Below, piece after piece: positions 1 to 9,400 of a DNA stretch of 64,000 bases. The notes under the pieces are model-generated. The model was not told the origin of the DNA. It saw nothing but the letters and a program-made list of their open reading frames with translations, and did not search any database. The stretch's first letter is position 1, and the number at the start of each line of letters is the position of its first letter. This DNA comes from Macrostomum hystrix (taxonomy: Eukaryota > Animalia > Platyhelminthes), in NCBI GenBank assembly GCA_950097015.1, contig CATNEN010000015.1, forward strand, positions 1,302,001-1,366,000, written 5' to 3'. The position numbers and the translations under genes are program-made.

Positions 1-381
1 TGTGCAGTCTGAACAGTCTGTTATTCACTGTACAGTCTGTTATTCACTGTACAGTCTGTTATTCACTGTACAGTCTGTTATTCACTGTACAGTATGTTAT
101 TCACTGTACAGTCTGTTATTCACTGTACAGTCTGTTATTCACTGTACAGTATGTTATTCACTGTACAGTCTGTTATTCACTGTACAGTCTGTTATTCACT
201 GTACAGTCTGTTATTCACTGTACAGTCTGTTATTCACTGTACAGTCTGTTATTCACTGTACAGTCTGTTATTCACTGTACAGTCTGTTATTCACTGTACA
301 GTCTGTTATTCACAGTACAGTCTGTTATTCACTGTACAGTCTGTTATTCACTGTACAGTCTGTTATTCACTGTACAGTCTG
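1..381. repeat. 19-bp tandem minisatellite (CTGTACAGTCTGTTATTCA)n, about 20 copies, in a TPR intron
   Basis: Unit read directly; translation repeats every 19 aa (3 x 19 nt). Confidence 0.95.
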
Positions 382-484
382 TACTTCATGGTGCAGTCTA
401 TGGTTGAATACACCTGGTCTAGCCCTTTCTGATCACAATGCACACAGTAAATGACGATTCCCTTCGACTGGTCCCGCTGTCCAG

Positions 485-3400
485 GTGCTCGGAGCTGGCC
501 AGCGCTGCTGACGGCATGCGAGCCCGCCTGGCCGAGGCCGGCAGAGATCGCCAGCTGATGGAGCGCAGCTTTGCCAGCCAGCTGTCGGTGGCGGCCGAAC
601 GGCAGTCCGAGCTGGAGTCGACCATCGCTGAGTTGAAGTCGCGCCTAGCCGAGGCCGCCAGCGAGGTCGACAGGCTGCGCGCCGGCATCGGTGCCCTGTC
701 CGAGGCGGAGATCGAGCGCCTGGCACCCGCCGCCGCAGCCACCAGCCGCATGCTGAAGCGGGGAAAGACTCTCACGCAGATCTACGCTGAGCACGTGGAG
801 GTCCAGGGCCAGCTGTCCGCGGCACGCCTGGAGGCTGACAAAGCCAACTTGGCGGTGGCGCATATCCTTGAAGAGATTCAGGCCAAGGTGCCGCTGCTTC
901 GCCGGCGTCAGGATGAGTACCGGCGGGTCCGGCTGTCCGCCAGTGAGCTGGCCAAGCGGCTCGACGACTCCGTGGCCCAGATGTGCGATCTGAAGCGCGG
1001 CAATGAGGAGCTGGCAAGGAAGGCCGCCTTCTTTGAAAGGGAGAATGCTAGACTGAAGGCCAGGGCTAAAGATCTGGGCGAGCAGGTGAGGGGCTCGACT
1101 TTTGACTATTCTGTATGTTGCACGGTTCATTCTGTGTGTTGCACGGCTCATTCTGTGTGTTTCACGGCTCATTCTGTGTGTTGCACGGTTCATTCTGTGT
1201 GTTGCACGGTTCATTCTGTGTGTTGCACGGCTCATTCTGTGTGTTGCAAGGCTCATTCTGTGTTGCACGGCTCATTCTGTGTGTTGCACGGTTCATTCTG
1301 TGTGTTGCACGGTTCATTCTGTGTGTTGCACGGTTCATTCTGTGTGTTGCACGGCTGATTCTGTGTTGCACTCCACTTGACCATCTCAATCTGCGCAGGT
1401 GACTCACCTGCTCGCTGAGGTAGAAGCCGCACGCGGCCGCCCACTAGCCGGAGGTGCTGGGGACGCCAGCTCTGAGGCTGAGGCGGCCCAGCCTGACAGG
1501 TTAGATAACCAGCAGATGGATGAGGGCAGCGGAGGCGGCTCTCTGCTATCCGAGCAGCCTCAATCGACTCAAGATGTCATCAGTAGTTCGCTGCTGACCT
1601 TCTCGGACATTCGCCAGCTTCAGCAGCGCAACATCGGCCTGGTGGAGGCGTCGCGCGAGTTGGCCGCCAGGTTGGAGGTTCTGGAGCGGGAACGTAGCGA
1701 CGCTAGCGAGCTCCGGCTGCGGCTGGAGGCGGCCACATCCGAGCTGGAGTTGGCCCGCACCGCTGACAGGCAGCACCGAGACCTGCTGCGCGTGGCCAGT
1801 CAGCAGCGGGACATGTACAAGGTGAGCACTGCCTCCTCTTCTGGTGCTGAGTTCTTCATGCGGTTTCACCCTGAGCTCCCTAGGTTTCACCCTCAGTCCC
1901 CTAGGTTTCACCCTCAGTCCCCTAGGTTTCACCCTCAGTCCCCTAGGTTTCACCCTCAGTCCCCTAGGTTTCACCCTGAGTCCCCTAGGTTTCACCCTCA
2001 GTCCCCTAGGTTTCACCCTCAGTCCCCTAGGTTTCACCCTCAGTCCCCTAGGTTTCACCCTCAGTCCCCTAGGTTTAACCCTCAGTCCCCTAGGTTTCAC
2101 CCTGAGCCCCCTAGGTTTCACCCTCAGTCCCCTAGGTTTCACCCTCAGTCCCCTAGGTTTCACCCTGAGCCCCCTAGGTTTCATCCTGATCCCCCTTGGT
2201 TTCACCCTGAGCCCCCTAGGTTTAACCCTCAGTCCCCTAGGTTTCACCCTCAGTCCCCTAGGTTTCACCCTCAGTCCCCTAGGTTTCACCCTCAGTCCCC
2301 TAGGTTTCACCCTCAGTCCCCTAGGTTTCACCCTCAGTCCCCTAGGTTTCACCCTCAGTCCCCTAGGGTTCACCCTCAGTCCCTAGGTTTCACCCTGAGC
2401 CCCCCAGGTTTCATCCTGATCCCCCTTGGTTTCACCCTGAGCCCCCTAGGTTTCATCCTGATCCCCCTTGGTTTCACCCTGAGCCCCCTAGGTTTAACCC
2501 TCAGTCCCCTAGGTTTCACCCTCAGTCCCCTAGGTTTCACCCTCAGTCCCCTAGGGTTCACCCTCAGTCCCTAGGTTTCACCCTGAGCCCCCCAGGTTTC
2601 ATCCTGATCCCCCTTGGTTTCACCCTGAGCCCCCTAGGTTTCACCCTGAGCCCCCTAGGTTTCACCCTGAGCCCCCTAGGTTTCACCCTCAGTCCCCTTG
2701 GTTTCACCCTGAGCCCCCTAGGTTTCACCCTGAGCCCCCTAGGTTTCACCCTGAGCCCCCTAGGTTTCATCCTGAGCCCCCTAGGGTTCACCCTCAGTCC
2801 CCTAGGTTTCATCCTGAGCCCCCTAGGGTTCACCCTCAGTCCCCTAGGTTTCACCCTGAGCCCCCTAGGTTTCATCCTGAGCCCCCTAGGTTTCATCCTG
2901 AGCCCCCTAGGGTTCACCCTCAGTCCCCTAGGGTTCACCCTCAGTCCCCTAGGTTTCACCCTGAGCCCCCTAGGTTTCATCCTGAGCCCCCTAGGTTTCA
3001 TCCTGAGCCCCCTAGGGTTCACCCTCAGTCCCCTAGGGTTCACCCTCAGTCCCCTAGGTTTCACCCTGAGCCCCCTAGGTTTCACCCTGAGCCCCCTAGG
3101 TTTCATCCTGAGCCCCCTAGGTTTCATCCTGAGTTCATGAGGTTTCATCCTAAGTTCATAAGGTTTTATTCTGAGTTCATGAGGTTTCATTCTTTCCTGA
3201 TTTCCTCTCCTTGATTTCCGAAGCTTTTATTATCAGCATCAACGACCTCTATCTGATTTGTTAGAAAAAAATTCAAAAAGCGCATCGCTTTACTTATTAG
3301 CAGACTATCTAGCAAAAATTGTATTTGATAGCCAGCAATTCTCATATTCGTTCGCAGCTGCTACTGGAATCCGCCAAGAATTCTTCCGCCACTGATTCGG

Positions 3401-6400
3401 CTGCCGCTGCGGCTGCTGCGGCCCCAGTTGCCACAGAGGTGACCAGCCAGCAGCAGCAGCAGCAGTCCTCATCCTCGGCCAGCAGCGCAGCGCTCGTTGC
3501 CGCCCACGCCGAGCTGTCAGCCGTTCGCTCCCAGCTGGCTGAGCGGGATCGTCAGCGCGCCGTTGAGTTGGAGTGCGCCCGCGCCGAACTCCTCGAAGCG
3601 CGCCGCACCAGCTCCCGCCTGTCTGCCCGCCTAGAGGCCGCTCAGCGACGCGCCGAGCTTGGCGAGGCCGGCTGCGCGCGCTATCGCCGCGAGATTGACC
3701 TCTTGCGCGAGATGAACGAGAAGTACGCGGGCATGCTGGCCAGGCACGAGCGGGAGGCGGTGCAGCTGCAGGCCCAGCTCATTGACCGGGCCGAGTCCAG
3801 GGCCCGGCTGGAGGCCCAGCTGGAGTTGGCCCGCCAGCAGGCCAAGGCGCTGAGAGCTGCCGAGGCGAGGCTAACTGTGGAGTGCGAGCAGCTGAGGCAG
3901 GACCGGCTGAGGCAAGGCCTGCTCATGACCAGCCTGCAGGCTGTGCAGGTGAGTCTGCTGAGAGTCAGCCAGGACGTCTGGCCTTCTTGCACCTGTGCGG
4001 CGTGGGTTGCATAGAACTCAATTAGTGAGAATGTAGCACAGTGTTTAAATGTGCGAAATTCAGACCGATAGGTCATGGGTTCGAATCCATGTTTTTAACA
4101 GTAGAAAGACCACTGGAGTATTTCAAATATCCACTGCCTACTTCGCGACAGCTCCCAAATCTAATGACCGATTTTTGCGAAAGTTTTCCGCCCTCAAAGC
4201 CGTCCGAGTCAGCATCGTCGAGATATTCAGCGATTCTTGTCGAAGAACCGGTTGGCAAGGACAACTAATGTAGCTCTGCATAAACCTCTGTGGCGAATCC
4301 AATTTCGGCTTCATCAGTGAAATTAGAGAAATTCGCGTCAGGGTGTCCATAGTAGTCTATTTCCACCTGTTGTAGCCCTTGAAGGTCCAGCAAATCCGTC
4401 TAAATAAAGGTCGGTGACCGCCGAAGACGGAGATGATGCAAGCACATTCGGGTGACATGCTGATAAAGTTTAAAGGTCTGGAAAGGCCACACTGAGTCGC
4501 AGTGCAAATCCGTGTATAGGGGTGTATGAAATACACTAGCTCTTATGCGAAAAATCTGACCTTCGGCCAGAAACATTGAATATCTCGCCGGTCTGAAGAG
4601 CTGGCGACTTGTTTCTTGTTTCAGAAGATGCGCAACAAAAAGTTGGCCCGTGTTCTTGAGTTTCGTGTGCTTGCATTGTTCCGTTCGGGTGCAGCAAATA
4701 ATTGTCAGAGGGGGGGGGTAAAACTGGTGCCAACGTCAGCTGCAGTTTTGCGGCTGGCTGTACATCTCGTGAACCCTTCTTCAGGGCGCCTTCCGCTTGT
4801 TTTCCTACACACAATGTGGCGCAGTTCATCGCTTATGAATTATATGCAAAATTAGCCTCGTCGGAATTCCCGAGGTCGGGAGGTCGGTGGCAGAGCGGTT
4901 AGCGCGGCTGCCTCTCGCACCACGGTCCCTAAGTTCGATTCCACGGCGAGGGCACATTTATTTGGGGCGCAGCCGCGGAGAGAAGGCTTGTGGGGCTTGT
5001 CGTGCAATTTACGCCCTTGAGGGCCAACCTCCAAGGCACAGTGAAATGTACACTGCCTGACAATGAGAAAGTCAGGCAGATGTACACACCTGTGTGAGCT
5101 TATGCCTGCGTACAGTATCTGTGTGCGTGTGCGCTCAGGAGTCAGCGAAATGGGCAAAATTGCCTCCTCGCTGGCTGCGGGTCTAGTGTCACTAAATGAT
5201 GTGCCATTGCCCGCAGCCCTCCTGCAATTATTATTATTATTCCCCAGGTCAACCTGGAGAAACGCGACCAAGAAGTTCGCCTGGCTGCCGAAGCTCGAGT
5301 GTCGGCAGCTGCAGAGCGGGCCGCCTCCCTGGAACGCCGGTTGGCCGATGCCGTGTCCGCAGCGTCAGCCGAGCGGTCAGCCGCCGAGGCAGCGGCTGCC
5401 AACTCCGCCAAGCAGCTGGCAGAGCTCTCCGAGCGCCTGGCCGCAGCTCAGGCCCGGCTGAAATCTGCCGAGGAGCTGGTCGCCAACTCTGCGGCCGCAG
5501 CTGCCGCCGCCGCCGGAGTCAAGTCTGCCGCTGCCGAGGAGGACTCGGCGTCAGCGGAGCAGCCGGAGCCTGTCGACGCTTCGGGCCAGACTGCTTCCGC
5601 TCTCGCCAGCGAGCAGGAGCTGGGGGCCCTGCGGGAGCGAGTGCAGGCCCTGGAGCGAGACTGCGACTTCCTCAGAGGCCAGGTGGACAATTATCGGGCC
5701 ATGGCGGAGGGCGCCGAAGCTCGCCTCACTCAGCAAGCCGAGGAGCACGCGGCGGCTCTGGCCGAAGCCGAGAGTCGTCTCAAAGAGAGGCAGGAGTCCA
5801 TTGACTACTATCGGTGAGCTGCGCCTTGGACTAACTTCTTTTATGATACTAATGCTGCTGGATATTTTGTTGTTCTTCCCAATGTCTGTCAGTGCAGTCT
5901 ATCGCGTTCGCGTATCGCGCACCAAGGTCGATTCTGCGGCGACGCCACATGACGTCAAGAAGGCTTGAAGGCTTGTCGAGAAATTTAGGCACAATGAGAG
6001 TATACACTGCCTGATGATGAGAATTCAGGTACACACCTTTGTGAGGGTGTGTTCAGGAGTCGGCGAAGAGGGCAGAATTGCCTCGTCGCTTACTGCGGGT
6101 CTAGTGTCACCCAATGATGAGCTATTGTCCACAGCCCTTCTGAAATTATTGTTTTTATTATTGTATTATATTTTATAAAATTTACTTGTCCTCTTCTGCA
6201 ATATCCTTCTCCTACTCCCTCTGCGAAGCTTTCTTGTTCCCCAATCCCATGTGTGATGAGATTTCTCTAACCACAGTGTTCCTCACCGCTGAACCCGAAG
6301 CGCCCAGCTGGACAGCCTGGAGCGGGAGCGCCAGTCGCTGGTGAGCGATCGCTTCAAGCAGACCGAGGAGGCCCACGCCATGAACGCCGACCTGCGTAAG

Positions 6401-9400
6401 CAGCTGCACGACCGGCAGCAGGAGCTGCAGGCGGCTCTGGATCGCCGCAACGCCGCTGTCGGAGCCGAGGAGCGGGCGAAGGCGCGGGCTGCTAGAGAGG
6501 CCGCCAAAGCAGCGGAGGCCGACAATAAGTACCAACAGGAGCTGCTGCTGCACGCCGCCGATGCCCAGGCGATGCAGGCGGTGCGCAAGGAGCTGGCCGA
6601 AGCTGAGCGGCGCTGCCAGGAGGCTGGCGAATCGGCGCGCCGTGCCAGCGCCGAGGCACAGCAGAGAATCGCGACCTTGACAGCCGAGGTCGATCGGCTT
6701 AAGGCGGCCAAGGCGGACGCTGAGGCGAAGCTCACTCAGCTGGCGGGCGACTTCAGCGAAGCCAGGAAGCGACTGCTGGCGACTGAAGAGGGGACCGCCC
6801 AGTCAGCTGCTTCAACAGGCGCAGGTCGCGGGGGTGTTGCCAAGGAGCTGGCTGGCCAGCTGCAGGTGAGACGATATTGCCCTAAAAATAAACAATCAGC
6901 AAATAGGACAATATGGTTCATAGTCATTCACTTATTCAGCATGTTCACCACCATTGTCCTTGCCGACGATGCGCCAGGCCTCTGGTTCCGGTACCCACGC
7001 TCTTGAGTCCGCATTGCGTACCGCTCCATTGCAAGCAGCTTCGTTGTGCTCAATGCTGTCGAATCGATTGACCCGAAGGGGCTTCTTCACAGTTGGAAAT
7101 AGATACTTGTCACAAACGTGAGAAGTCATGCGAATAGGGTGGATGCTGAAGCACTTCCCAGCCCCATCTAGTTAGAAGATCCACGAAATTGTGCTTGCGA
7201 TGTGCTGGTGCATTATCATGCAACAGACCACACCAGATTCCAGCAAGCCAGGACGCTTCTTTCGAATCGCTGGACGCAACTTCTGCTGGATCCACTTGAG
7301 TAGTGCCCATTGACGGTGGTTCCATGGGGCACTGCCCAGTTGAGATAGACTCCGTGGGCATCAAAAAACATAATGTGCATGACCTTCAGCGCGCCCTGCT
7401 TCCTGATTGCCTTCTGTGGCCTCGGAGAATCAGCCGGAAACCATTCAGCAGACTGGGCCTGTGTTTCAGGATCCCAGCTGTAAATCCACGTTTCATTTCC
7501 GGCCACAATTCTCAGAAGAAATTTGTCTCTGTGAAAGCGACGCAGGTGGTTAGTGGCAGCTAGAGCTCGCTGCATCTTCTGCTCACCTGTCAGAAGGTGC
7601 GGCACCCACTTGCAAAACTTCTTCTACGGGTCGAGACGCTCAGTCCGAATGGTATATATACTGCCAACTGTCACTCCTACCTCTTCTGCCAGCTCTTCGC
7701 ATGTCTGTCACCGATTATTATCCAGGAGCTCTTGGACTTTCTTCATCTTGGTTGCTGGCAGTCATTGGCTTTCCTGAACGATCATTGTTTTCAATGCTTT
7801 CTCTCCGTAAACAGCCGGCACCACTTGCTGCAAAAAACTTGCTGAAGCTCTCGGAACATCTCCGGAGGCTTTTCCTTTTGCAGAAATTGAAACTTCATGA
7901 CAATTCTAACGTCTTGTTTCGAGAATGATTCCGCCATTGCCAATAATTCAATGGGTAGCAGTAAAGAAGAGAGCGAAGCTCAGGCATGGTTGCAAGCTAA
8001 GGCTTAAAGTCTTAAACCGAAAATAGCTTTTTTAATGTACGCCGTAAATTTTAAAACCTTCTTTTAGGGGCTTCGGCTAGGACACGCGGGCCCGCGGGCC
8101 TGGTGCGGCACTTAAAGCTCCCCTGTCTCAACCCTCCCCTGTCTCATCTCTCCCCCGTCTCATCTCTCCCCTGTCTCATCTCTCCCCTGTCTCATCTCTG
8201 CCTGTCTCATCTCTCTCCTGTCTCATCTCTCCCCTGTCTCATCTCTCCCCTGTCTCAACCCTCCCCTGTCTCATCTCTCCCCTGTCTCATCTCTCCCCTG
8301 TCTCATCTCTCCCCTGTCTCATCTCTCCCCTGTCTCATCTCTCCCCTGTCTCATCTCTCCCCTGTCTCATCTCTCCCCTGTCTCATCTCTGCCTGTCTCA
8401 TCTCTCCCCTGTCTCATCTCTCCCCTGTCTCATCTCTCCCGTCTCATCTCTCCCCTGTCTCATCTCTCCCCTGTCTCATCTCTCTCCTGTCTCATCTCTC
8501 TCCTGTCTCATCTCTCCCTGTCTCAACCTTGTGTCTATCACACTGGGAGTTAATGAGAATCATTTAGAGTGGTTCATTCATTCACAGCACAACATAAAAA
8601 AATTCATCACCCTAAGCTATTATTCTCGAGGCACACAGTGACAGTTGGAGTGCTCAAGTGTAGTATGATTATTATGGTAATTATCGCCAATCGCTAAATA
8701 GCTAAAATCCCAAATCCCACGCAGGATCGAGTCCGTCAGGTGGCGGAGTTCCAGGCTGCCGCGGCCCGCGCCGAGTCAGCGCGTCTCGCGCGCCAGCTCG
8801 AGTCCACTCGCGCCGCCCTGGACGAGGCCCGTTCCGCGTTGGTGGCCTCAGCCGCGGTGCCCTCTCGCCAGCTGGTGGACGCCGATGAGCGCGCCGAGCT
8901 GGTCCGCGCCCGCGAGCAGATCAGCCTGCTGACGGAGAGCAACCGGCTGCTGCGGCAGGAGGAGGCCAGGTGGCGCTCCCGCACCGCCGAGCTCACCAGC
9001 CGGGCTGACGAGCTGGCGAATCAGCTGGCTCCGCTTCGAGCTCAGCTGGCGGCGGCTGCCAGTCAACAGACCGAAGCCGAGGAATCTGCCAGGCTGCTCA
9101 CCGAGGAGCGAAATCGGTGGCGCGATCGCTGCCAGGAGCTGCTTGAGAAGACTGAGCGCATGGACGCTGATCAGTACAAGCAGGCCTGCGCTGAGAGGGA
9201 CGCCCTGCAGGTTGGTTAGAGCTGGAGACCTGGGAGCGTCGATGATTCCAACCTTCTTAGAAGCACTTGAGAAGATCTTGAGCATACCCTCAACCCCCGC
9301 TACAGATTCAGGTCGAGAGCCTCAAGGAGGAGGTGGAAGGCCTGAACGCGGACATCGCCGACTTGAACAACCAGCTAGAGGAGACGACCGAGAAATTCGA

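Noticed and set aside
1-1370. Cys/His-rich repeat ORFs (for example VCCTVHS) resembling metal-binding proteins
   Set aside because: These are translations of the 19- and 21-bp intronic minisatellites.
1822-3190. Long ORFs encoding (PRFHPQS)n or (VKPRGLR)n, one continuous with a TPR exon
   Set aside because: The 21-bp unit is stop-free in several frames. A canonical donor at 1822 and TPR homology resuming at 3358 show the region is intronic.
4030-4095. tRNA-like A and B boxes (GTAGCACAGTG...GGGTTCGAATCC), and a similar minus-strand remnant near 59995-60070
   Set aside because: No convincing cloverleaf or acceptor stem; more likely decayed SINE heads than tRNA genes.
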